The notes beneath the pieces are model-generated. The model saw only the letters and a list, made by a program, of their open reading frames with translations, did not search any database and was not told the DNA's origin. Below, one piece after another: positions 31,006-40,783 of a DNA stretch of 64,000 nt (its first letter is position 1; each line of letters starts with the position of its first letter). Source of the DNA: an uncultured delta proteobacterium (lineage in GTDB: Bacteria > Desulfobacterota > Binatia > UBA9968). The stretch spans positions 160,001 through 224,000 of the forward strand of contig CAVSHR010000009.1 of NCBI GenBank assembly GCA_963727625.1, written 5' to 3'. The position numbers and the translations under genes are program-made.

Positions 31006-32514
31006 ATGCCGATTTATCAGGCCGCCCTCGACGGTTTTTGGTTAAGCTTTTCTTACCCAAACATCATTTATCCCATCGCGGGAACCGTGATCGGCCTGAT
31101 CTTCGGTATTCTTCCGGGAGTCGGTGCCATCACGGCCATGGCCCTGCTCCTCCCCTTTACTTTCAGCTGGGGCTTGGTGCCCGTAATACTTTTGTTTGCC
31201 GCGATCCAGGGTGGGAGCTCACAGGGGGGTTCGATCACTGCGATCCTGGTTAACATCCCAGGAACTGCCCCTAACGCCGCTACGGTTCTCGATGGCTACC
31301 CCATGTCGCAGAGGGGCGAAGCTAAGACAGCGATCGGCGCCTCAGCGAGCGCATCGGCACTTGGTGCGGTGTTTGGTGTCGCAGTTCTGGTGCTTCTCAT
31401 ACCCGTGATGCAGGCGATTGTTTTGGCTTTCGGCCCGCCGGAATTTTTGATGTTGGCCGTTCTGGGTTTGACGGTGATCGCCGTCGTTACCGAGGGCAAC
31501 GTCATAAAAGGCCTTGCGGCGGCCGGCTTGGGCCTGATGTTCGCTTTCTTCGGCGAGGATCCTCTGACGGCTACGCCGCGGTTCAGCTTTGGCATCGAAT
31601 ATCTCTGGGACGGCTTGAAACTGGTGCCTGTATTTCTCGGCATCTTTGCTATCGGCGAAATGATCGATATGGCAGTCAGCGGTCGCCACACCATTTCCGG
31701 AAAAGAATCGCTGCAAGCCCTAACCGGGAACGTTTGGGACGGAGTCTTCTCTGTATTTCGCCACTTCTCGATTTTTATTCGGTCCTCGCTGATTGGTACC
31801 CTCATCGGCATTATCCCGGGGATCGGCGGAACGGTGGCGGGTTTCATCGCCTACGGCCAGGCGGTCCAGACGGCAAAGGACCGCGAGAATTTCGGCCGGG
31901 GTGACATCCGCGGAGTCATCGCGCCACAAGCGGCGAATGACGCCAAGGACGGAGGGGCGCTGGTACCGACAGTGACATTCGGGATACCGGGGAGCGAGGG
32001 GATGGCCATGCTGCTGGTTGCCATGACGCTTCATGGCATTGTCCCAGGCAAGGAGCTGATGACGAACCATCTCGTCGAAGTCTTTCTGCTGATCTGGGCT
32101 CTGGTTATCTCCAACGTGCTCAGCTCAATCTTGGCTGTCGCCATCGTCGATATCGCAGCTTGGATCACGGTGATCCGGACCCAACTCCTGGTACCGGCGA
32201 TCTTTATACTTTCGATGATCGGCGCCTACGCCTATGAGTATAACATGGGAGACGTTGTGGTCGGCTTCGTCTTTGGCTTCCTCGGATATTATATGAAGAA
32301 GCATGCTTACCCTAGAATTTCCCTGGTTATTGCTCTGGTATTGGGCGGGCTGGTCGAGAGGTCGTTGATCCAAACTATACAGCTACAAAATCTGGGTCAG
32401 ATCAACTTCATCACCAGACCCATCACTCAGGCTCTTATTGTGCTGACGCTGTTAGCACTGGCATTGCCTTACGTTCGCGCAAGGAAAAGAAACATCAAAA
32501 AGGATGAATCGTGA
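31006..32514 (+). CDS. tctA: Tripartite tricarboxylate transporter large permease
   Basis: GILPG, GSITAILVNIPGT, DGYPM, AANDA, FGIPG. Confidence 0.95.
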   Translation: MPIYQAALDGFWLSFSYPNIIYPIAGTVIGLIFGILPGVGAITAMALLLPFTFSWGLVPVILLFAAIQGGSSQGGSITAILVNIPGTAPNAATVLDGYPMSQRGEAKTAIGASASASALGAVFGVAVLVLLIPVMQAIVLAFGPPEFLMLAVLGLTVIAVVTEGNVIKGLAAAGLGLMFAFFGEDPLTATPRFSFGIEYLWDGLKLVPVFLGIFAIGEMIDMAVSGRHTISGKESLQALTGNVWDGVFSVFRHFSIFIRSSLIGTLIGIIPGIGGTVAGFIAYGQAVQTAKDRENFGRGDIRGVIAPQAANDAKDGGALVPTVTFGIPGSEGMAMLLVAMTLHGIVPGKELMTNHLVEVFLLIWALVISNVLSSILAVAIVDIAAWITVIRTQLLVPAIFILSMIGAYAYEYNMGDVVVGFVFGFLGYYMKKHAYPRISLVIALVLGGLVERSLIQTIQLQNLGQINFITRPITQALIVLTLLALALPYVRARKRNIKKDES

Positions 32515-33044
32515 AGGAAGCGATGCCGATGCCGAGCAGAGAGAAAGGGATCGTTTCGCTCCTGCTGTTGATTTTCTTATCCTTTCTTGTGACGCGCTCG
32601 CTGGCCTATCCGTTACGGGCAAGGTTGGCACCATTGGTGGTAGGTCTCCTGACTTGGGGTCTGGTTTTTTTTCAGACCTTGTTCGATTGGTTTCCGGCCT
32701 TCGAAAAGCGCTTTGCCGCCTTGCATGGCGAGAGTCTCTTTACCGGCGAACTCTCGTCGATGGCTTTGGAGAAAAACGAAAGCTTCGCTGTTTTGCGAAA
32801 GCGGGAAGGGGCTCTATTTTTCTGGCTTTCCGGTCTCCTGTTGGCTTCCTATCTATTCGGTCTGATTATCTCGATGCCGTTATTTGCTCTCGCCTATCTG
32901 CGTTTCTGGTCCAAAGAGCGCTGGCTGATGGCGGTCGCTTACAGTTTGGTTGTATGGTTGATAATTTACTCGCTGCTTGTACAACTGCTGCGTGCGCAGC
33001 TTCCGGTGCCCCATCTGCTCGAGTGGTTAAGCATGACCCACTGA
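32511..33044 (+). CDS. tctB: Tripartite tricarboxylate transporter small membrane subunit
   Basis: Four to five hydrophobic segments; 4-nt overlap with the tctA stop. Confidence 0.8.
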   Translation: MKEAMPMPSREKGIVSLLLLIFLSFLVTRSLAYPLRARLAPLVVGLLTWGLVFFQTLFDWFPAFEKRFAALHGESLFTGELSSMALEKNESFAVLRKREGALFFWLSGLLLASYLFGLIISMPLFALAYLRFWSKERWLMAVAYSLVVWLIIYSLLVQLLRAQLPVPHLLEWLSMTH

Positions 33045-33760
33045 ACGCGGGGTTGGGGCTTTGTAAATTTTTCGTGGAGCGCAACCTCCGGAGGAAGGGC
33101 CAAGCGAATCTTTAAAACCACAGACAGGATCGGCGGGCGGTTAACCCTGCTCTGATCGTCACTCAGGACTCTTTCCACGCCGCTATCAGAACCAAGACCG
33201 CTTTCTTACCATCGGCGAACAACATCAAATTCTTGTCGGCGGCAAGTAAAAACGCAATCACTGGATCCCGTCTTTACTTTTGATGTTTCTCAACCAAGCG
33301 CTGAAAAATGTTTTGCCTCCCTCAAAAGCCCAATGCTTCAGAAGACGTTCGCCCGCACGCTGCTCGACTGGAGACTTGCTGCCTTAGCTACCGGTGATTT
33401 AGCCTAAGTGCCGCGTAGCGGGACTGATTTTGCCGTATTGTTCCCGAACTCGCCCTCCGCATCTCGCCGGCCAATATTTCATTTGCCAGCGACTGGTACG
33501 GTTGCCCTTTCCATTTATCGGTCTTGCGGAGCCGGCCCAAAACTTTCGCGTCTCAACGAATCACGGTGAGCTTTCTCGGTCGTCGACCGCTCCTCTGCGA
33601 TCTTCGCTGGAAATTCGGCCTCGGTGATGACGCCGTTTTAGATGATCAGTTTGGCGAGCGCGTCCGTCCGAAGCGAAGTTTGAAAATAATGGCTCCGGCG
33701 TGCTGACCGGTTGTCTTTCATCTCGGGTCGCCTTGTTCCCGCGTTATTTTCGGAGCCAAG

Positions 33761-34144
33761 TCAGGTTTCGATTCTCGCGGCTCGCTGTATGCCCCAGCGG
33801 GCGCCGACCCAACCGCATCCAAAGACAATCACGACCGTCGCCGCGACCACGATCAGGTCGCTCTTCGTCATAGAGGCGAGGGGCGTCTTTAACACATCGC
33901 CGAATTCGTGCCACAGGCCGCTCAGATAGACGATCGCTGCGCCGATAATCAGCCCAACTAGCAACCCGACCCCGCAAATGACCGCCTGCATTCCGACTCT
34001 AAGGTTATGATCTATGGAAGTTACAGGTCTCCTGGCCACGGGCATGCACCTCCTGCGTATGGAGTCGTTCCAATACACTATCAAAAGCGCGTCCTGTTCC
34101 TTATGCAACCCCCCTACAATTTCGAATGGCCACGAGTTCTTCAA
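33761..34144 (-). CDS. Small hypothetical membrane protein (start uncertain)
   Basis: Two hydrophobic helices in the C-terminal part. Confidence 0.45.
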   Translation of the reverse strand: MKNSWPFEIVGGLHKEQDALLIVYWNDSIRRRCMPVARRPVTSIDHNLRVGMQAVICGVGLLVGLIIGAAIVYLSGLWHEFGDVLKTPLASMTKSDLIVVAATVVIVFGCGWVGARWGIQRAARIET

Positions 34145-34504
34145 CTACGCGGCTTGCGTCGTTACTTTTGACGGGTCTCAGCCATGGCCGCGGTTGGCCG
34201 GCCGACCCGACGCACAGAAGAAAGCTGCATACCGGAAAGTCTGGACTCGCCGGTAAAGCAAGCCGTTAAAAATCCGAAGTTTTAGAGGCCGATGGAGACG
34301 GTCAGCATGCCGATCGAACCACGCTCAATGCCGTCAACGGCGTACGCGACGTTGTCGGTTTTTTCCTGAAGGCCGATGACGTAGAGCAGCGGCAGGCCGA
34401 GAACGACCTTCAGGAGCTCGTCGATGGACGTTCTGCGCGCTCAAGGGCGGCCCCGATACCCAATTTCGTTGAGCCTTGGGTTTGTTCCGTCTGTTTCTTC
34501 TATT

Positions 34505-35062
34505 TCAGCTTGCGTGTAACTTCTCCGGCTGTCTCAAGCCACAGGTGGCTCTCCATTCTCCGGGTTCGCTTTCGATGAGCTTGAATAATCTCTGGTACTC
34601 TTCAACCTGCGAGTTCCCTTCCCATGGAATGCTCTTGAAGGTGATCCCGGCGTCGCGGTCCAAGATCCAGAGCGAGCGATAGTAAAAGCCACCGTGGGGA
34701 TGCTCTTCGCTACGGATCAGGCCGTAGCGCCGCGCTATTTCGAGATTGCTGTCCGAGACGTAGCGGTAGGGGAGCTCCTCGCCGAAGAGCGCGAGAGCAT
34801 ATTGGCGATGCTTTTCGAGCGAATCGGGCGAGATCATGACGAGATCGGCTCCCGCTTTGAGGATTTTCGCATAATCCTGCTTCAACGAAGCAGCCATGCC
34901 GGCGGCTCAGTTCGGGTGAAATCGGTAGCTATCCTGGGTCGTGAGAATGAGTTTCTCATGGCGCGCGGACAGTTGATGCAGCGGAAGCCTGCCGTCATAT
35001 GTTTCGATGAGAAACTCGGGAGCTTTGACTCCGACTCGAGGTCCTTTCGGTTTGGCGATCAT
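34505..35062 (-). CDS. AhpC/TSA peroxiredoxin-like protein, predicted selenoprotein (Sec52, 185 aa)
   Basis: ATG 35062 after GAGGAG; MIAKPKGPRVGVKAPEF...DSYRFHPN-TGA-AAGMAASLK in frame with ORF 34505..34897 (ISPDS, YVSDSNLEIARRYG, RSLWILD). Confidence 0.85.
34869..34899 (-). promoter_or_regulatory. Putative SECIS hairpin of the peroxiredoxin-like gene
   Basis: GCAUGG-CUGCUUC-GUU-GAAGCAG-GA-UUAUGC; 13 nt separate UGA (34909-34907) from the upper stem; loop starts GU. Confidence 0.75.
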
Positions 35063-35202
35063 ATCGATGCTCCTCGTCGCCCACTTATTGTTGCCGTCTG
35101 ATTATCGGCAAACCGCATCATGCTCCGCAGATCTTAACGCTTGCCGCTCAGACCTTGGCAACCTAGATCCTTGCCGAACGCATTTTTTGTGCGCCGCCGG
35201 GA

Positions 35203-35811
35203 TCAACCATAGCCAAAAACTTTTCGCTCCACGGTTCCGGCCTCGGCATCGTACCAGTTGCGCCAGGCGCTCTCCATCTCACGGCTCCGGATAACCACGC
35301 TCCAGTTTTCCGTCCGGGCGATGATGGCATGGGGCGCGCCGATTGGAATGATCAGGACCTCTCCCGCGCGTTGACGGATCGGCGCTATCGGGCGCAACTC
35401 CGCTCGACCCGGTTCGCTGCCGTCGTCTGTGCGCTGGTAAATTTGTTGGACCGTCTCGCCCTCGAGAATTCCATAGACGGCCCAGCCGAGCTCGCCATGA
35501 TCGTGCGGCTGGCGGCTCGTCGTGGAGCGCTGGTGCGTTGGGCGGATGCAAAAGAGATGCTGCGGATCGGTGTAGAGTCTCCAGGAACCATAACCATCCG
35601 GATCCACCGGCTGCCCATAAGGGATGGCCTTCCGGCACAGAACCCGTGCCAACGATTCTTTGATCTGATCAAGGGAGACGGGATTGGCCAGAAAGCGTTC
35701 CAGGGATTCCTTGGTCCGGCCAAGAATTCGGCTGATCGTTGTCTCCGATTCGAAGTTAGAGCGCACTTCCGAGATAAGGTCGCGCACGGGATCAGTTGAC
35801 TGACTCATCAT
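35203..35811 (-). CDS. Cupin, cysteine/thiol dioxygenase-like
   Basis: PHDH..WAVYGILEG, YQRTDDGSEPGRAEL, PH three-His pattern. Confidence 0.75.
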   Translation of the reverse strand: MMSQSTDPVRDLISEVRSNFESETTISRILGRTKESLERFLANPVSLDQIKESLARVLCRKAIPYGQPVDPDGYGSWRLYTDPQHLFCIRPTHQRSTTSRQPHDHGELGWAVYGILEGETVQQIYQRTDDGSEPGRAELRPIAPIRQRAGEVLIIPIGAPHAIIARTENWSVVIRSREMESAWRNWYDAEAGTVERKVFGYG

Positions 35812-36199
35812 TCTTTTTCCTCAGTTTTTGAATTTGATCCGAGTGATGGAATCATGCGGCGGCGCCTCCTTGCTTCCTATATCAGCTTGCGTCAAATCGG
35901 CACAAGCGCACGTCCTGTCGGAACCATGGATCCGGGTCCGATAGAGATCGTTACTTGAAAAGGCTCCCCACCCGCAAATGACCCTCGACTGGCCTCGCTC
36001 AGAGGTCGCCTGCACTTTTTAGCGCGAGGGAAGACCTTGCCCTTGGTTTTGGCGATGTTTATAAATCTCTCCCGCGAAGTTGACTTAGGCAAAAAGCGCT
36101 TTATCGTAGAATCTGTTTCATACTCGACCCGGACCGTGCCGCTTTCGCGTTTTTATTTTCACTGTTGATTCGTGAGAGGCGCAGCCCCGGAGGGAATTT

Positions 36200-37957
36200 A
36201 TGGAAAGCAGCGCCACGAGCTTGCCATCACGAAGTTTCTTTCAGCGCCTCCTGGCCTTCGACCGATCGGTCGGCGCCGGTCACAATCCCCTCTGGCTCTT
36301 CGTGCCGATCGGGTTGATCGTTGCTTATCTGGTTTTGCCGCCGCTGTTTTTCATCGTTTACTCGAGCTTCGTCCCGCCTCTCGAAGCTCCAAGCCAAGCG
36401 CTCACGTTTTCGAATTATTTCGATATTTTTGCCTCGCTCGACGAATTCAAGGAACTCGCGTGGAATTCATTGGTCTTTTCGGTGGGGAGCTCCGCTTGGG
36501 CGCTGTTCTTCGGTACCACATTGGCATGGCTAGCCGAACGCAGCAATGCGCCGTTTCGGAGCGTCGCCTACGTTTCGGCCTTTGTCTCCTTCGCCGTTCC
36601 CGGCTTGATCAAAGTTATCGGCTGGATCCTTTTGCTTGGTCCAGAAGCCGGGTTTTTGAACGTTGCCTTTGGGTCGATAACGGGGATCATGCCGATCTTT
36701 GATATCTTTTCCATGAGCGGCATGGTTTTGATCGAAGGATTTCTATGGACTCCGGTGGTGTTTTTATTAATGGCCACGCCGTTTCGATCCATGGACCCCT
36801 CGCTCGAAGAGGCCGCCGTGGTCGCCGGCAGCACCAATTGGCAGGTATTTAAAAAAGTAACCTTTCCGATGGCGATGCCGAGCGTTTTGTCGGTGCTCAT
36901 GCTGACTTTCATCCGCAGCCTTGAAGCCTTCGAAATCCCCGCGTTGGTTGGCATCCCCGCCGGTGTCCAGGTTTTTACCACGCAGATATACCTGCAGTTG
37001 ACCGAAGGCTACATTCCGGAATACGGGTTCGCCAGCGCCTATTCGGTGCTGCTCATCGCCGTAGTGGGTTTGGCGCTGATTCCTTACTACCGCGTCACTA
37101 AAAACGTTCACAGATTCACCACCGTCACCGGCAAGGGTTTCAATCCGCGCCGCATCGATCTCGGAAAACTGCGCTTGCTCGGCGGCGCGCTACTTTTGAT
37201 CTTGCCGCTCCTGCAGCTGTTGCCGCTTCTGGCTTTGCTCTGGTCTTCCCTGACGCCTTACTTGCAGCCGCCGTCCATGGCGGCGTTCAAAGAGCTTTCG
37301 TTCAATCACTATATTGAAGCCTTCAGCAATGACCAGTTGATGTCGTCGATCACCAACAGCCTGGTCATCAGCATCACTTCGGCAAGCGGCGCGGTATTCA
37401 TCGCCTTCGTCGCCGCCTGGATCGTAGCCCGGACAAGCCTGCGCTCGCGCTGGACGTTGGACCGCATGATCATGCTGCCGCTGGTTTTCCCGGGCATCGT
37501 CATGGCCGTGGCCATCTTGAAAATGTATCTAACCATCCCCGTTCCGATCTACGGCACAATCTGGATCATGGTGGTCGCTTTTGCCGCACGGTACCTGCCC
37601 TATGCCATGCGCTTTTGTCATTCCGGCTTGCTTGGAATCCACAAAGAGTTGGAGGAAAGCGCCACCGCCAGCGGCGCGACTTGGGGGCAGGCGGTGCGCA
37701 ATGTTGTCGTGCCTTTGATGATGCCGGCGCTCTTCGCGGCATGGATTTACATATTCTTGATCACAATCCGGGAACTCGCGATGGCCCTTTTGCTCTATAG
37801 CCCGGGATCGGAAGTCATCTCCGTCGTCATTTGGGAATTATGGGAGAACGGCCATGTCGGGACGCTGGCGGCGTACGCCTTGGGCATTACCGCGGGTACG
37901 GTGCTGTTGGCCGCCCTGTTTCACAAAATCAGTCGTAGCTACAGCTTAACTGTTTAG
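36200..37957 (+). CDS. ABC transporter permease, FbpB/ThiP-like (two BPD domains)
   Basis: MDPSLEEAA..G and HKELEESA..SGA EAA loops. Confidence 0.93.
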   Translation: MESSATSLPSRSFFQRLLAFDRSVGAGHNPLWLFVPIGLIVAYLVLPPLFFIVYSSFVPPLEAPSQALTFSNYFDIFASLDEFKELAWNSLVFSVGSSAWALFFGTTLAWLAERSNAPFRSVAYVSAFVSFAVPGLIKVIGWILLLGPEAGFLNVAFGSITGIMPIFDIFSMSGMVLIEGFLWTPVVFLLMATPFRSMDPSLEEAAVVAGSTNWQVFKKVTFPMAMPSVLSVLMLTFIRSLEAFEIPALVGIPAGVQVFTTQIYLQLTEGYIPEYGFASAYSVLLIAVVGLALIPYYRVTKNVHRFTTVTGKGFNPRRIDLGKLRLLGGALLLILPLLQLLPLLALLWSSLTPYLQPPSMAAFKELSFNHYIEAFSNDQLMSSITNSLVISITSASGAVFIAFVAAWIVARTSLRSRWTLDRMIMLPLVFPGIVMAVAILKMYLTIPVPIYGTIWIMVVAFAARYLPYAMRFCHSGLLGIHKELEESATASGATWGQAVRNVVVPLMMPALFAAWIYIFLITIRELAMALLLYSPGSEVISVVIWELWENGHVGTLAAYALGITAGTVLLAALFHKISRSYSLTV

Positions 37958-38123
37958 TCAATAATGGCGGAGAGTCTAGTCGAGAATATGGCTAGATCAC
38001 TGACGTGGAATTCATCGTGCCGTGAAGGGTTTAAATTTGACTGAAAAATAACAGCTGCGCCGATGGGCTAGGCAGAGTTCAAACCTAGTCCCATCGGCGC
38101 GCAAGTTCGTTTGTAGAATTCTC

Positions 38124-39167
38124 TTAGTTTCGCCCAACCTGTTTGAGCAGTTTATTCCAACCCTTTTCGGCTTTAACATACTCCATGGTGGCCATGCCCC
38201 GCTCCGGTTGATAGCTCGGGAAGGGGTAATCTTTCCAAGCGACGGCATAGTGCAATTTTTCCAGAATGCTTTGACCGCCGTCGCTGAGGAGGAAATCGAT
38301 GAAGAGCAATGCAGCGTGGGGATGCGGCCCGTTCTTGATAACCGCCGCGCCGCCGGCGTTGGCCGGGACCAAATCCATGGGAACCCACTTGACTGGCGCT
38401 CCGCTATCGACCTTCGCCAACACGTGATTGCGGAAGATCGTCGGCGAGCCAAGAACTTCACCGGCGATGATCAAATCCCGCAACGCCGCGCCGGAAATTT
38501 TGAATAGCTTAACGTCCTGTTTTTTGTACTTGTTCAAATACTCCTTGCCTTTTACTTTCAGCATCGTGCCGATGACCCGGTCGCCGGTGCTGTTGAGCTG
38601 CATGCCCATTTTCCCTTTCCACACCGGTTTGAGCAAATCGTCGAAGTTTTTCGGCACGTCCTTTTCGGCGACCAGCTTGGTGTTATAACCGAAGCCGATG
38701 AACGACACTCGATCATTGACCCAAAACATATTGCCGCCCTTATCGTCGTATCTAGCGGTCTCCGGGTAGCGTTTCAGCACGGGCGAATTGTAGGGTTGAA
38801 GAATTTTCTTGTCGCGCAACAACATGAGCGTGCCCGGTGTGGTTTCGAGGGCATCCACTATGAAACGTCCGGCCTGGGCTTCGTTGAGTATTTTCGGCGT
38901 CAAATCCTTGCTGCCAGCACGGTAGACTTCGATTTTCACATCGGGATATTTATTTCCAAAGGCCTTCACGATCGCCTTGTACGAGGCACCGGCCAGAGAC
39001 GTATACCAGACAATCTTGCCTTCTTTTTTTGCGCCCTCTAAAAGCATCTGTTCACGGTCCGCGCCCTTGTACGTGGCTAACTCATCCGCCGTCTTCGGTT
39101 TGCTTTGCGCCCAAAGCGGCGACGACATCATGATACTTACAGCAGCAACCAAGCTGACAACCTTCAT
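38124..39167 (-). CDS. Extracellular solute-binding protein (Fe3+/thiamine-type, family 1)
   Basis: Signal peptide; AKKEGKIVWYTS, YNTKLV, PHPHAALLFIDFLLS. Confidence 0.9.
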   Translation of the reverse strand: MKVVSLVAAVSIMMSSPLWAQSKPKTADELATYKGADREQMLLEGAKKEGKIVWYTSLAGASYKAIVKAFGNKYPDVKIEVYRAGSKDLTPKILNEAQAGRFIVDALETTPGTLMLLRDKKILQPYNSPVLKRYPETARYDDKGGNMFWVNDRVSFIGFGYNTKLVAEKDVPKNFDDLLKPVWKGKMGMQLNSTGDRVIGTMLKVKGKEYLNKYKKQDVKLFKISGAALRDLIIAGEVLGSPTIFRNHVLAKVDSGAPVKWVPMDLVPANAGGAAVIKNGPHPHAALLFIDFLLSDGGQSILEKLHYAVAWKDYPFPSYQPERGMATMEYVKAEKGWNKLLKQVGRN

Positions 39168-39512
39168 ATCGCTTCTCCTTTCGCTCTCGAATCTTGCATA
39201 AATGGTCCCATCCTACTTTATCCTAGAACTGTGGATTTCTAAGTCAATCACTCGAGGCCGGATTTTTCTCCTGGCTTTTCCATTCCGAAATCTGTGCGGT
39301 GCCGAAGTCCTGCTCAGCACGACGGTCTGCCGCTGGACGCCAGAGCTCAGAACCCGAGAACCGTAGCCCTCGGCTCCTGACCAGAGTTGTTTAGAATGAC
39401 TCATCAAATTGGGACTTAGAATAATCAACTGCCGGACGGATTCCGCGAAGGTGGAAAACTGTTTTCGATTGCGATAAGTGAAAACTCTATACTTTGAGGA
39501 TTTGAATCAAGT

Positions 39513-40694
39513 ATGATTTCCGGAGCTCTTGAAGGAACCACTTGCATCGACGTCAGCGGCCACGTCGCCGGACCCTACGCCAGCAGTTTGCTCGGCGATC
39601 TTGGCTGCGAAGTGATCAAGGTAGAATTGCCCAACGGCGGCGACACCCACCGCGGGCGTAATCCGAAATACGAAGGCTACGGACCGAGCTTTCGCGCGCT
39701 CAACCGCAACAAGAAGAGCGTCACCCTCGATCTGCGGCACAAAAAAGGCAGCGAGATTGTGCTCAAGCTTTTGGCAACAGCGGATATCTTCCTCGAAAAC
39801 TTCCGTCCGCCGACCAGAGCCAAACTTGGGCTCGACTACGACGAGCTGGCGAAGCTAAATCCGAAATTGATTCACTGTTCGATCTCCGGCTACGGCCAGA
39901 GCGGCCCTTACCGCGACAAGCCCGGTTTCGACACCATCGGCCAGGCGTTGAGCGGCATGATGAGCCTGGTTACCGATCTCGACGACCCGAAGGTCGCCGG
40001 CGTTTCTTTCGTCGATCATTCCGCCGGAATCTTTGCCGCCCACGGCATCATGGCCGCGCTTTTGGCGCGGGCGAAAACCGGGCGCGGCCAGTTCATCGAC
40101 GTTTCCCTGTTACAAGTGGCGATCGCTTTCATTGAATCCCACGTCGCCGATTACCTGAACGGCGGCGAGGCGGTTTCGCGGGAAAATTTTCCCAAGGGAC
40201 GAATTTATAGCCTGCTCGACTGTGACGGGAAGCCTTTCATGGTTCACCTTTCGGGCCACAACGAAGCCTGGGAAGGACTGCTGCAAGCAGCAGAGCTCGA
40301 CAACCTGGCCGGCGACCCACGCTTCGCCAACCGCAAACAGCGCACCGATCGCCACGATGAGATCGTCAGGATATTGCGCGAGCAGTTTAGCAAAAAGCCG
40401 CGTGAATACTGGCTACGCAGACTCGACGCCAAGAGTATTCCCAACGCGCCGATCAACACGATCCAAGAAGTTTTCGACAACCCCCAGATCAAGCATCTCG
40501 GAATTCCCAAGCGGATCAGCCATCCGAAAATGGGCGCGAGCAAGCTGGTGGGCAGTCCGATCAATATGTCGGACACCCCGCCACAGTTCTTTCGTCCCGC
40601 GCCGCTGTTAGGCGAGAATACCGAAGAAGTGTTGGGAAAGTTGGGTTACGACAATAACGCCTTGAATGAATTAAGAGTGAGCGGAGTAATATAG
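39513..40694 (+). CDS. CaiB/BaiF family III CoA-transferase
   Basis: NRNKKSVTLDL, ENFRP, SISGYGQSGPY, catalytic Asp in FVDHSAG. Confidence 0.95.
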   Translation: MISGALEGTTCIDVSGHVAGPYASSLLGDLGCEVIKVELPNGGDTHRGRNPKYEGYGPSFRALNRNKKSVTLDLRHKKGSEIVLKLLATADIFLENFRPPTRAKLGLDYDELAKLNPKLIHCSISGYGQSGPYRDKPGFDTIGQALSGMMSLVTDLDDPKVAGVSFVDHSAGIFAAHGIMAALLARAKTGRGQFIDVSLLQVAIAFIESHVADYLNGGEAVSRENFPKGRIYSLLDCDGKPFMVHLSGHNEAWEGLLQAAELDNLAGDPRFANRKQRTDRHDEIVRILREQFSKKPREYWLRRLDAKSIPNAPINTIQEVFDNPQIKHLGIPKRISHPKMGASKLVGSPINMSDTPPQFFRPAPLLGENTEEVLGKLGYDNNALNELRVSGVI

Positions 40695-40783
40695 AACCTT
40701 TGTTTGGAGTCTAGCGTCTCGTGTCTGCTGTTAACGCTGGACGCTAAACCCTGGACGCCAGACTGGAGAAAAAAGGAGCAACT

